NCBI RefSeq assembly: GCF_036971445.1
Contig: NC_091481.1
Coordinates: forward strand, 22,816,001 to 22,880,000
DNA: 64,000 bases
Direction of reading: 5' to 3'
Source: Narcine bancroftii
Lineage: Eukaryota
Shown: piece after piece, positions 39,451-53,600 of the stretch
Layout of the letters: each line of letters begins with the position of its first letter
Numbering within the stretch: the stretch's first letter is position 1
The notes under the pieces: generated by a model
What the model was told of the DNA's origin: nothing
The model's input: the letters and a program-made list of their open reading frames with translations, nothing else
Databases searched by the model: none
Program-made: the position numbers and the translations under genes

Positions 39451-40260
39451 GCTGATTCCTTCCACATGAGTTCCTTGCCATTGCTCTCAGGCTCCATGAC
39501 CACGTTCTCCACCTATAACCACTGGCATGTGCTCCACCTCCTCCATTTCATTCGGGCCAACGTTTTGCTCATACCTTGGTGAAGGGTTCAAGGCGGAAGC
39601 ACTAGTTATGTTGTATAGCCCGCTGAGTTTCTCCAGCATTGTGTTTTTACTTCAATCATGGTGTCTGCAGACTTGAGCTGATAAATCGCGCTGTTGCATT
39701 CTCCACATGCCGCCTGTTGCATTCACAACCACTCTCGTTGATGTAGCTTCTTGACCTGCTCCTAAAGAGTCTGTGGTTCCCACATTGGTCAAATGAGAAT
39801 CCACACATGGGGCCAGCGAGAGAGATGTATAGGAGGTTTTAGGGCTGGAGGATTTAAAAGTGAGGGAGAGGGGAAGGAGACAACAGGGTAGGAGACACGA
39901 GAATTTGCAGTTGAATCAGGAAGTGTTGTGTCAGGGGTATTGAACTGTCTATTAAATATCTGCTGGAGGTTAAGATCAACTTAAAACCAAGACAATCACG
40001 GTACTGGGTTATACGTTCCATGTTCTAACTGTATAAAATATTTAAAATTGCATTCAGCAGAGACAGAATTTGACCTATTGTGCAGCAAGCATGCCATCGG
40101 ATGTGCTTCCGGAACTATAATGGAATATTCATGTGCAATAACACATTTATATCATACAACCTTATTTTTTTTGCTTCTATTATATCAAATTGAATAAATC
40201 ATAAAATTGTGTACAGAAATTGAATATGTCAGCTACTCCAATATTATAAATTTGTGGTAT

Positions 40261-40480
40261 TGTAACAGGCTAAATGATCGCACGGTTAGACGGCCTGAAT
40301 CACCGCCCCAGTTGGTTGGCGCAAGATGGCACGGCATCCCCCCCTTCTCAGAAGAAGCACACGTTGCCTAGGTAATGTCGCCACTTGCTGGTCACATAGC
40401 GCTGGGCAGGCAGTGACTCCGCAACGTGCTGACGTCACTCCCATAAGACCAATGTGTTCCAGACAGGAAGAGGCTCATAA
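40261..40480. promoter_or_regulatory. CpG-retaining motif cluster (YY1, X-box, CTCF-like, CRE)
   Basis: CAAGATGGC 40322-40330, GTTGCCTAGGTAAT 40363-40376, TCGCCACTTGCTGGTCA 40378-40394, TGACGTCA 40430-40437. Confidence 0.5.
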
Positions 40481-40799
40481 TTCCGAAATCCTGCTTTTCA
40501 TCTGAAAAATTCCACAGGCCAATCTAATGTTTAAGAAAGCCATGGGAGAAAAACTATATATGAGAGAGAGAGTGAGCGAGCAAGCGTGAGTGCACACACT
40601 CGTATAACGTATTATCAGTGGTTCTCCACCATTTTTTCCCCTCACATACTAACATACCACCTTAAGTAATCCCTTACTAATCCCAGTGCACCAATGTCAT
40701 GCAAACCTGCAGTCAAATCATGTTAATATTATGGCTCATCGGAGTTATTTTCCACTACTTTCTCAGGAGTTTGCAGAGGTTTATATTGAAATCCTAATA

Positions 40800-41345
40800 G
40801 AAAAGGTACTGGAAAGTGTGCTGATCAAGCTGCATCAGGGACACCAATACCTCTGAGCAGAAATCCCTGCAGAAGGGTTGTGAACCCACCCCAGTACATC
40901 AAAGCACATACAGCAAATTACTGAAATAACTCCTCCACCATAAGGGAAAATCTACATGGAACATTGCCGTTGGACAGCAGCAACCTTTGAGGATCCACAC
41001 TACCCAGGACATGCTCTGTTCTTGCTGTGTCATAAGGAACCAGACTCGTACCACCAGGTTCCCAAACAGTTGCTACCCCTCCACCATCAGAATTCTAAAC
41101 AACAAACTCAATCAGAGACTCATTTAAGGACTCTTACTTTCCACATAATTTATTAATGAATATTTATTTTCTGTATTACACAGTCAGTTCGTTAGCATTT
41201 TCTTCTTGTTTACAATTCTCCCTTTTGTATACATATCTTTTCTTTTTTGCACTACCATTCAGTAGAAATTCTGTCTGGCCCATAGGAAAAAGAATTTCAG
41301 GGTTGTATGTGATGTGATTCATGTACTCTGACAATAAAACTGAAG
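40800..41345 (+). mobile_element. Rex1/Babar-like LINE 3' remnant
   Basis: EDPHYPGHALF motif and a GACAATAAA end. Confidence 0.6.
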
Positions 41346-41402
41346 TTTGAACTCTAATCCGTGCATATTTAAAATACAACATGGAAAACAGTTCCAAATG
41401 TA

Positions 41403-41408
41403 TTTATT
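41403..41408 (-). terminator. NDUFA9 polyadenylation signal AATAAA
   Basis: About 65 nt after the stop codon. Confidence 0.65.
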
Positions 41409-41471
41409 TAAAAGTGAATATTTCAACTTATGTACATTATTAGAACAGCAGGTGAAAGGTCTTCTGGAGCA

Positions 41472-41642
41472 TCAGTAATTCACAGGTGTGGCTGGTTTTG
41501 CATCATCCTGATCAGCATCGTACCAGCGGTACCTACGATGTCGCCGCAAAACTTCAATTGCTTTTAGTTCAATGGGCGTTGGAGTAATTCCCAGGTCTTC
41601 CAGACCTGGAAGCTCAGGGTACTTCATATCTGTGATATGCAA
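41472..41642 (-). CDS. NDUFA9: NDUFA9 exon 11
   Basis: [43 protein letters not shown]. Confidence 0.95.
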   Translation of the reverse strand: MHITDMKYPELPGLEDLGITPTPIELKAIEVLRRHRRYRWYDADQDDAKPATPVNY

Positions 41643-44600
41643 CTGAAATAAATTGAGGCAAATGCACATGACAATTTGCAAACCACGATTTCTTCGAACT
41701 TCTAACATTTTCACTGAGAATTGAATTTTATTTTAAAGCTCTAAATACATTTTTTCCCCCAGTGAAATCTATTTTACTCTTTAAGAATTGGCAATGTTTT
41801 TTGTAGCACAATTCTGTTCAAAACACTAACCTAATAATGTGAAATATGCTAACAGTGAACACATACATACCCTGTCCACTTTGTCTCGTGATGTCCACTG
41901 ATCAAATGGGGTTATCTCAAACAGCCTCGCTACCAACCTGTCGGAAGAAAATGGAAGCCAGTGAGTAAAACCATACAATTTAAACTTGTTTTAAATCAAA
42001 ACACAATAAATACTCATCAGGACAAATAGTATTCTAGAGAGATTAATTAATATTTCAGATGGATAACCTTTCATCAGAACTAATTCAAGTTAGAAGGTGA
42101 ACAAGTCTTAGTTGCATTGTAGCAGAGTAGAGAGAAACAAATAAATGTCTGAGAGAGGCTGAAAACCAGGAGGAATGAATGGCACAAAAGGTGGAGGTAC
42201 CAGACAAGTTGGTTAATTGGAATGCCTTATGGGATCAATGGATTCGGGGAGAAAGCAGGAACAGGGCACAGAATCTGGATGATTAGTCATAATCATAAAG
42301 AATAGGAGACCAGGATCGAAGAATCTTATGGCCTATTCCTGCTTTCTCTGTTCTTAGTCCACATTTCACTGCATATCTCATTAAAAAGCAGCTTACAACA
42401 TTATATATTTTCTGAGGTGTCTGTTTGTTGGCTTGGCTCTGAGATTTAATCTGCTCACCTTTTAACTTTTTTTTTGCTGCTGTGGTCACAACTGCGCAAT
42501 TTTGAGAAAACACATTTAGCGCATAATGCATGAATGCAAGGCTTTGTCTCAGGCCTTCCACAAGTACTGTTGATGCCCAACATTGCAAATGCCATTCAAA
42601 TTCATCAAGGGTTCAGCAGGGAATGGGGATTGACAGAACAGAGCACAAGGTTCATAAGTGTGAGCAATAAACAGTTCCTGAGAACTATCCATAAAGTGAT
42701 TTTTTTTCCCCAGTAAGTCAGAAGTTAATCACTTCAATGAGTCAATCACTATGAAAATTTATTTATTATCATTTCCTGTAAAGTGGTACAATCGTACAGA
42801 ATTAGAACATCCCACATCCAATGGGTAGTTTCTATGGCCTTAAACAATCAATGGATATTACATTGTGTGATGAATTATTTGATAACTGTCAATAGAAGAA
42901 ACTGCCTTTTCAGTTTCCAAAACAAATTTCTGAAGGGGCCTCTCTAGGAACTCTAGAACCTACAGTTCTTAACAGAAAATGGCAACTACAGCACGTTACA
43001 TGTAGTTTCAGTTGTCTTATGTTAATTAGCTGCTACTAATCCTGTTCAAACACTCAAAGGATATTTGCATTTTTGTAACTAACTTGAAAAGTTATTTAAA
43101 CATTCATTTGAGAACTTGTTGGATTTCAGTAAATCGGGTTTTCTGTAAGCTGAGGTGCCCCTGTAGTCAGTGAGCTGTAGACAGTTGATCTGGGTCAATA
43201 AAGTGCTTCGAGTGAAAGTCTGTAGTCAATCAGACTACAGAGGAACTTGACTGGTAAAGATGTATTACCGATATTTGGGGTTGAGCCCTTCCTGACGCTG
43301 GGTTTCTTCACTCATACCTTGAGGAAGAGCTTAGTCCCAAAACATTGGTAATACATTTTTAGCTCCTATGGATGCTGCGAGACAGGCTGACCTCCTCCAG
43401 CATCTCTGTGTTTTGACTTCATTGGGGCACATCAACAACAAGATTCTGAAATAATTTTAAAACTATTTATACTAGTTATAGGAGAATCCTCTCAACTACA
43501 GGCTCAAAGTAAATTTATGGGGACAGGTGACATAATTTCACGTTTGGATAATGGATTGCAGTGCATTGAATTGAATTATTGTATTTGATGGCATATAAGA
43601 CCCAGTTTTTCCCCAAAAAAAGGCTCAAAAATATCCCCCAGGTCTTAGATACGAAGTTGAAATTTGGGTGATAATGGTGAGTAATCCTAACAGTGATCAT
43701 CATTGCTGTGTGGCTCACTAACATCGCCGGCATCTATCGGTGGGGACTGGCAGCGGACTGTCGGGGGTGGGGGGAAGGGGGGCAGTGGGATCAGTGTGGG
43801 TGCTGAAGCTGGGCTGTTGGGAGATTCTCCCAGTGGCCCACTGTCGGTCCCCGCACTAGTCCCACTGCCCTGCTTCCCTCCGACAGCCACCATACCCCAC
43901 ATTCATCCCACGAGAGAACAGGGCAGTGGGACCAGTGTGGGGACTGACAACAGCAGTTTGTTTTTATAAAATGTTTCCTGCTATAGCTAAGCTTCTTTTG
44001 TTTTCTCTTGTATTTTTATTACCAGCAGTATTATTATTAAAGAGATTTTTCTTCTTAGATGCATATTTTGTCTGAGTTTTTTTCTGCTATACTGTAGTTA
44101 TATATTTCAATAACATTAAATACTTAACCATAAATACTCTATAAAAAATTCTTAATATTCCCTGCTGAAATTTGGGAGGGGGGGGGGAAATCTTATATGC
44201 CATCAAATACAGTATATTGTCACGTGTACCAAGATACAACTTAAAAAAAATATTTTGTGTGCTATCCAGCAAAGTCAACTCAATAGCAGGCAGTGCAAGT
44301 TATAACAAATAAATAAAGCAACCATGCAGGGAGTAGCAACAAATTGTGCAGTTAATAGAGAAAGGTAGTTAAAAAACAGTACAAGGGATCATCTATTGCC
44401 AGAGACACTGACAATTCCAACAATTTCAGGTACTTACTGATAGATAGGTCTTGGCAATGGGTAAGAAATAAATGACCTGTGCATTACTGCATATACATAT
44501 TCCACAAGGTCATGAAGAAGGTATCGATTGGGCCTGTTAAATGAATAAGACTTTTTTTAATGTATGGTTTCCAAACCAGAATATTTTTCCCACACAAACA

Positions 44601-47600
44601 GAAAATGCTTAATACCCTCAGCAGATCAGGTTTCATCTGTGGAAAAACAAACACAGTCAATATTTCAGATTGGAGAACCTTTGTTAGAACCAGTAAGGTG
44701 ACAAAAAGAAGTTTGTAAAGCTGAAGGAAGGGTGGGGAGGGGAATATCTTGTAGGATAAAGGCAGGGTTACATGGGGATAAACTATAAACTAGTTTATCT
44801 GATCAATAGGAGCAGCTACAGTGAGAACATAAATAAATATGAGAAACAATTCAAAGTGATTTGTTTCAGTGCAAATCTCTTTATAGATCAAAATTCAAAG
44901 GTTAGGTATGACTGTCATGTATCACAGTATGTGATACAGTATGTGATACATGACAGTCATGTATCACAGTATGTGACTTCTGTTCAAATTCCAACTCGGG
45001 TACATCAACTTCAATCCTCAGGTTTTAAGTCTTACTCACTCCAGTCATGTTGCACTTGTTACACAAGGCAACTTCTTTTATAAACAAAAGAAAATTAAAA
45101 GACTCAAATAATGTTTCACAGATAAAGCTACTTCTCACGTGGATTTAATCCTGACCTCGGATGTTGTTTGGAGTTTGCACATTTTCCCTGTGACTGCATG
45201 GGTTTTGTCTGGGTGTTCCGATTCTCACCCCACCCCCCCCACTCCCCCAACATACAAAAGGTGTATGTGTTGGTTAGTTAATTGGCCGCTATAAGGTCTC
45301 CTGAATGTGTCAATGAATAGTAGAATCTGAGAGGAGGTTGATCAGAATATGGGGAAGATAAAATGGCTGCTGGTTGTTGGATATGTGGACTCAATGAGTT
45401 GAAGGGGCCATTTCCATGCTCTATCTCTCCATGACTTCACACTCATCACTAGATTATCATGGATGAGAGAATGAATGCAGATGATGGTATGTACTGTATT
45501 TGACAGATCTATTGCAAGATTTGAACCTTAGCATAACCAAACTAAAGTTGTGTATACCAAGAGGCACACAATTCAGACAAGCTTCTATCTCACTGATGTC
45601 GATCTGGAGAATGTCTTAACATTCAGCATGAAAAAAGATTTCCAAAAATGGCTGATCGACTGCTAAAAACAAAGGATCACAATACCATTCACAAAGGTCA
45701 TTGATAACATATGATGTTCTGAACAGAATAAAAGTGCAGAATGTGGTGATATTTAAGGACAAAGGAAAATAGGAAGGGAATTGATAACTAATGACTTGGG
45801 CTGGAGTGTGACATGATGGTAACAGTACTCTCAAGAGTAGAGCACAGTCAGAAAGGAGAAATTGATGAAAAAACTGGATCCGGAGTTTTTTTTTCCCAGA
45901 GGATGATGATGGTTCCCCTTTCAGTCAATTTGTGGGGTTTGATAGAATCCCCACTCCTCAGAAAGGAACAGTGTGTTTGTGAATGGATTTAGGCAAGTAG
46001 GAAGTTTCACAGGTCTAGACCCATCCTCTCGACTTCCCGTCCCGGATTCAGCAGCATGGTGAGGTCCAAGACGGCTGGGGGAAGTTCTGTTCAGTGAACG
46101 GCCGGACCAAGCTTCGATGCAAGGGATGCCCTTTCCACACTTCATGGCACGCTTGCTAGATGGCTGTTGAGCCTTCGGACCATGCAACAGGTAGTACTGG
46201 ATTACATACGAGTGACGTGACCTGATTTAATCAATAGAAAAATGTATGGGGTCTTTCAAGGGAAACTACTTTGAAAAAATTGCTGGGAAGACAATACTAT
46301 GAAACGATACAGTGGCATGGAGAATAAGTGGATGTGAAATTATGGGCAGGAAGAGCAGGTAACAGTTGTTACAAGAAACTTACCCAGCTATTACATATGT
46401 TTTCCCAATGGAATCAGGGTCTTTAATAGCACTCACAATTGCTTTAGCTACATCCACCACCTATTAATTAAGACATAAAAAATGTTTATTGAGTTAGTTA
46501 ACTGAAACAATTAGTTTCAACTACTATCTACATGTTATAAGTAAATCAGAAACTATTTTCAAATATACATACATATACAGGCTGCTTCACAGTCTTCTTG
46601 CCCATAGAAATAAGTGGAGTAGCAGGCCCAAACCACCGCATATCTGGAAAGTAAAAATTATGTGCTTAAAAATAGGAAAATTGTTTTTAAGAGATAGGTT
46701 AATGAAGAGCACGAGGACATTTCTCACCATAAATATCTGTCATATTCACCAAAGAATTTAAGAGGAAGTTCTTTTCCACATTTCAATCAATCCAGACTTT
46801 TGTTACGTATATAATTTTCCTAATCTGCAACTATCAAGCAGGGTTGGCTCCATTGCTTGAAGCAAAATCTAAGCAGTAAAACATGATCTTATCCTTCACC
46901 ACTTCGATAATTTTACTATTTTAAATATATTTTGATATATCCTAGTTCGGGGGGGGGGAAACAACCTTTTACATTCCATTCGTCAAAATAAACGGCAACG
47001 AGGAGGTCTCGCGAGAGTTGGCCATAGTGGTTGCCATGTGGTATTTGGCTTTGGCCTTTTAAGAAGTTGATAACAAAAGGGAGGAGGAGAAAGGGCAGAT
47101 GGAGTGGAGAAGAAAGAAGTGTGCATTCATTTTAGTTGGGGGTGGGGGGGTGGTGATAGTGGGGAGCGATGAACAGAATCAGCCCAATTGTTGTCATCCA
47201 TGCAGGGAGGGATGGGGGGGGGGGGGGGTGTGGTGGTAGGAAGAGAAGGCACACGCAAAATCTCCAATCCACCAGGCAGAAGATACCAATGGCCCTGCAG
47301 CAGCCATCAAATCTAGCCTCATCCATTCCATTGGACTCCCAATACACTGTACATATAGGATGTCCAGAACTCAGGCATTCATAACTCAAGAACCTGTATG
47401 AATAAAGTTAAGATTTGAAGTCGGTAAGAGTAATGGAATCAGATTTTAACATTTCAATAGACATATCAGCATCCATTGAAAGTAAATGCACTTTCACAGG
47501 GTTATCTGTTAAAAAGTAGATTAATTAACTAAATTTTTTTTTAAATTAAAAAGGAACAGATTATTTCATCATATGTTCAGGGATTCTGTAGTCCAAGAAA

Positions 47601-50600
47601 TCTGCTTGATAAACGAATACTCCAGAATAAAAAAATGCATAAATTCTATATAAAAATTGAGATTCTAAATATTTTAGTGAATTGAAAAAGATTCTTACTT
47701 GCAAAATAATTTAGAAAACTGTCTTCTCTTCCAAATATTTCAGATGGTTTGATGATGATGGAATCTGGAAATTCTTCTCTCACCACCCCTTCTCCAACAG
47801 CCTGACATAAAAGATTAAAGCAGGTTTATTTCCATTCACTCTGTACACTTTGCCAAATCCGAACTGTAGAAAAACCTCTATTATCCAGAATTCAAGCAAC
47901 TGGCAAAATAATTGAGGAAAATAAATAAATAATTTTTTCGACAGAAGTTTAAAATTGTAAAAATAAATGTTCTCTGAAGTAACACATAAACCTTTTTGTG
48001 AAGATGGGAGCAAATATTCAACCAGCAGAGTGCCTTGGTCATGCTTTGCTCATTGCAGCTGTTTGAATAAAGTTGTGTTTGAATAAAATGGGGTTGCTGT
48101 TGGGGTGACTCTCTTAAAGTATCTCTTTATCCATGCTTAGTAAGAGTTTTTATCTTTATTAGTTTATTAAATATATTAGTAAAGCTTTATCTGTAAACTG
48201 GAGGGCGGGGGGGGGGAGGGGGGAATTGTGTTGACACCAGTTAGCACAATGCTGTTACTGCACCAGTGACCAGGGATCAAATTTAAAATTTTTTAAGTGA
48301 ACTTTACATAACTACAATGCTGATTTTTTTCAAATGACTTTACATTTTATGCAGTCTTTTGTCTTTTAAACTTTTTATTTTTAATGTTTGTGTATTAGTT
48401 AGGGAATTTAACAGTGAGCCTCAACCAAGTGGAAAACTTGCTTATCTGGCATCTACCAATCCCCATAGGTGCCAAACACTGGGGTTTTACTGTACTTAAA
48501 TTTTCATGTACCACTTTTCTTACCTTGGTCCTCAGAAGCTTTGAAGTGCTCTTTATGTTAGCATTCAGATGAGAAATATGGATGAATTTTTCAATTCCAG
48601 CTTCCCTTGAGGCAACAGCAATATTTTGTGGAATTTTGACATTGACGTCCTCAAACTTGAAGTTACTAAGAGAAAGAAAATTATTAGCTACAATTAACAA
48701 AAAAAATCTAACGATTTTGGCAGTCACTGTTATCAAATAAATGCTCCCAAGTTAAACGCAACATAAGCAGGATGCAGGGAAAAGTTCATCCCAATTTACT
48801 TACAGAGTTGAAGATGTTTATGCAGGCACTACCTGAACAAGAATAAGCATTCTTTGTCCAATAAATTAAGATTATTTATAGCAACAAAGTTAAAAGCTGA
48901 TCCCAGCAAGGAAAGAACGAAACTGATTGACAATTTATCTGAGATTTAACGTCAGGATCACTGTGAAACAAGTCATTAAGTGGTTAAGGCAGTCATGGAT
49001 GTTGTAGATTTGGATAACAACAGGATACATGTGGGATTCTGACCCCATGTCTGGTTGATTTTTGGAAGAAGGAGCCTTCTGTAAATTAATTGTTAGCTCT
49101 ATTTTAGTAATGCAGAAGTTGTAATTAATCAATACAGCTGGTGATTCAATTTCAAGGGATATAATGAATGCCAGCATATATCCTACCCTCCTCAACAGAA
49201 CAAGAGTTATTTTGCCTTGGAGTCAGCATGGTTGAAAATGCATTTTCGAATTCCAGATTTAAAGAAATGTGAAGTGAATGGTCAATTCAGTCACACTTAT
49301 TTACACCATCACAAAGCAACAAAATTACTCCTATAATCAGTACTCTGCCGATTTGATGTTTAGCTTCAATAAATTGCCTTAATAATTGAGATGTGCCTTT
49401 CCAGGATAAGGTAACAATCTATCCCACTGAAGACTCAGCAAGCAATTACTCTATAGACATGGTGTTGAGCTTTATGGAGTAGAACTACATTTCTCAACAT
49501 GTGGTTCACAGATCACTGATGGTCCATTGCTTTGTTTTAGGTGGTCCATGACAACACAGCAAATACAAATATTACTGATATAATAATCAAGTATTTGAAT
49601 TTTTAAAAAAAGAAAAGAAAAATTCCCCAAAAAATCTCCCACTGAAACATAAAAAATATCCTGTAGTGGTTGAGCTCACCCCTTCCTATCAGCAACAATT
49701 GTTCAATATCAATGTACAAAATCAACATTAGTTGCAGGCATTTACACCAGTACATATATGCTACAATGGAAATAATGATCCTTTTAATCAATACATTGAG
49801 AAAAATGGAAAGGATAGAGATAAACTGCATTCTCACAAGAGTCACGTGAACTTCTCTGGGTTTACCAATTAGTTCCAGATTCCATTGTCCAATGAAATAT
49901 AACCATATAACCATTTACGAAGCGGAAACAGGCCATGTTGGCCTTTCGGGTCCGCACCGGTTCACTCATTCTTCAGGCATTGGTCCCGGTAGATCTTCAT
50001 TCTATAACGATGCCTCGTGCAAAAAATCTCTTAGTCATTTCAACAAATCTCTGTCTGAAAACCTTCCTGAGTGGTAACCATTTACCTTTCAAGCACTAAA
50101 GCCTGGTGAACTTTATAAATAAACAATCCAATTTATAAAACAATGCACAGCAAAATATTGATGAATTAGCACTTACCTTGTTTCCCACTCTTTTCCAACA
50201 AGATTAATAACAACATTGGAACATTCTACAGCTTGCCTGGTAGAATTTTTATCTCTGGGATTCCATTCCTAATGAAAATCACATCAAAGATTAATATCAC
50301 AGACAAACTTTGTAACAGCTTTACTTCTGGACCACTGATATTTGGCTTGCAATACCTCCTGAACTGAAAAACCTCCAAACCTGAAACCTAAACAGTGTTT
50401 ACATTTATTATATAGTATTTTGCTCCATTTTAATTCTTTGGGAGGGAATAATTTCAGTACCACTTCAGGTTAAATAAGACATTCAAAATTAATATAGGAT
50501 AAACACAATGTTTTGGAAATGTAGTGTGTGGGTAGTGAGGTTGAATGAAATGCACCCAGTCAGAGAGCAGCCAAATTATTTCAACCAATTCCTTACAATG

Positions 50601-53600
50601 GATCATAGCCACCATAAAGAGTAGATATTCTTTTTAGCCATATAAACAACACCAATAAATAATTCCAAAATTCACTACCAAGTCCACTGATGTTAAACTG
50701 TCTCTATCTCATTTACCTTCCCATAAATCTGAACCAAACACTATTGCCCAAAATAGATAAATTGAGAATTAAGACAACCAATGTATTTTATTGTCAATAA
50801 ACTATACATTTTTAATGTGTTGCAGTCACCACTGTTATGTAGGAAGAGCAGCAACTCCCACAATAACAGAGACAAGATCACCTGTTTTCTTTCAGCGACA
50901 ACAAGCTGGAGGATTGCTATTTCTCAGGGCACCAAAGATAACTTCCTCTGTCTCCTTCAGCATGATGCCATTGGACCTTTTCACATGCATCTATGTGGGG
51001 AGGGTTGGGGGGGAGTTGTTGTGCTTGCTTGAACATCTCTTATGGCAACGCTATTCACATACCCCATTTGATATTGAAAAGTCCGAAGGCATCTCTCACA
51101 GAAGTGATAACGTGGTAGGTGAGCTTTTAATAAAGCATATTAAATAAGATAGGGTATGGTTAAAAGAGAAGGAAATACCAGGTTTTGTGCATCAGCAGAT
51201 GAAAGTACAGGATGCCAAGCCTGATGGTTAAATTCAGGGATGCACAAGAGGGCAGAATTAGATGATACATGCTCTGTAAAGTTATAGATGTGAGTTGAAA
51301 CAAAGTATACTGGAGACTCAGTCTGGATCATGAGCCTCAAAACTGTAGTCAGATTTGAACCCACAAACTTCTAATTCAAGTAACTTTGCTACAAAATGAG
51401 TTTGCCCACTCTCTGATCACTGACTTAAGAGTGAAAACAGTTGAGAAGGTGGGTGGATTATACCTTGGATCACTGCATTGGAACATCACGTGAACACAGT
51501 TATATTCAGCAGCTGGAACAAGTACAATATGTTAACATGATTAATTAGAGTCAACATCCACCAGTTAAAGTTGTAAATTTTCTTACGAACAATTGAGACT
51601 CACTAGAAAAGTCAGCTGTCCAAGATCACCCATGAGTTTGAGATGATTAACATCATATAGATCACAGCGATGTGGGATCACTACTTGAGAGCCTATCCGT
51701 CCTGAAAGCAAGGAGAAATTTTAGTATTAAGTAGAATCTTAACCGCCTTCTTGACATTGAGCATAACCAGGAGGTGTAGTTGCTTATCTGGAACAAATGC
51801 TTCATACACATGCAATCAGAATCAATTAAAATGCAATGTTTGAATGTTTTCAAAATCTTTCATCCATTACTTCCAGTATACTATTTTGTTTTGGAAGAAA
51901 TCTGATTATCTGTAGAAACTCATCCAAATTTCCCAAATCAAAGATCTGAATGTGGCATTTCTTTTTACCAAAACAGAGCAAACTTGAAAGATCTAAAAAA
52001 GCTTTACAAATCACAAATCTCTGGGAAGTATTTAAATCTGTGACAATTGTCCCCGCAAGATCAATATTAATTCTAAATGGCAAAATTATATCTTAATTTT
52101 CTTCACAGAAGTTCTTTGAAATTAAATACGAAGTAGGGAAGATTTTGCCTCCTCTACATTGATGTGATCACATACAGATTGGGTGACCACTTAGCTTAAC
52201 GCCATTGCTCTGTTTGTGGATCTAAGCTTGAAATGGTTGCAACTTCCCTCAACCATTCTGATAAATGTCCTCAGCCTCATCCATAGTCTGGGTGAGACAA
52301 ACCTAAATATGAGGTGCAACACATTATGTTCCATACCTTGATGAAGGTCTCAAGTCTGAAATGTTTGTGTTTTTACTTCAAACACAGTGTCTGCAGACTT
52401 TCATGTTTTACTCATATCACGATCCTCCTGGAAAGCCTTAAAATGGTATGAACATGAATTTTTCCATTTTTAGCTAATCCCCATCTAGTTCCATTATTTC
52501 CATTGCTTCTTTACCTACTCCTGTATTTTATCTCTCTCCTCTTAGTGGTCTCTCCCTATCTCTCCACCTCTTAACACCTTTTGTCCTATTGCCTATTGGC
52601 CCCTCTAGCAATTTCCTTCTTTATACATGTAATATCACCTCCTTTTTACCTTAGTCTTAATAAAAGATCCTGACCTGAAATGTTGACTGACCATTTTTGC
52701 CCATCGATGCTATCTGTCTTGCTGAATTCTGCCAGTCGCTCATTGATTCTAATGGCAATTTTTCTTTATTCTGTAATATGGTGAAAGTTTTGACTACAAT
52801 TTTTGGAGCCCCTGATATGTCAAGGTTTTGGAATTCAATCATCCTCACAGCATTTATCAAAGATCTGATTGTGGCATTTCTGTTTACCAAAACAGAGCAA
52901 ACTTGAAAGATCTAAAAAAGCTTCTTTCTCAGGCTCTTGAGTGGCACGAATTTCATAACAGAACATAGAACAACCTGTGCGGCGACCTTGAGGGATGTAT
53001 GGATTTGAATCCCAAGGTCCCTCTGTTCATCCACACTCTTAAGTAACTGTACCCTGTACTCAGCCTTCTGGTTTGTCCTTCCAAATGCATCACCTCACAT
53101 TTATCCAGATTGAACTCCATCTACCACTTTTCCACCCATCTCTGCATCCTGTCTATATCCTCTTGTAACCTTTGACAACCTTCAGCTCCATCCACAACTC
53201 CTCCAATCTTCGTGTGGTTGTCCTGCAACATCTAAAACAAGATCTCATTTAGTAACCTTTTCCTTTAATGCATAGGTATTTCAGAAAAACTCTATGGGGA
53301 AAAATGACAAAGAAATGTATGTTTGCAACACTAATAACATCATTAAATTTAAGTGTTGAACCTTACCAAGTCTATTTACTACATATCGTCCAAGAAATCC
53401 AGATGCTCCAAAAACTGTAGCCACAATCCCACTGAAAGATGATCGACCACTTTTACCAGTGGGAATAAGAGCATGATGAATATTCCGTTTCTGAATGATA
53501 ATGGACACTGCTGAGAGCAAACCTGGTGAAACAGCATGAATACACAAGGTCATATACATACGGTTTATAACTGGTAATATTAATAACTGTAAGAAATACT

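Noticed and set aside
38680-39469. Pro-rich and Gly/Arg/Glu-rich ORFs
   Set aside because: Translations of the low-complexity C/T tract.
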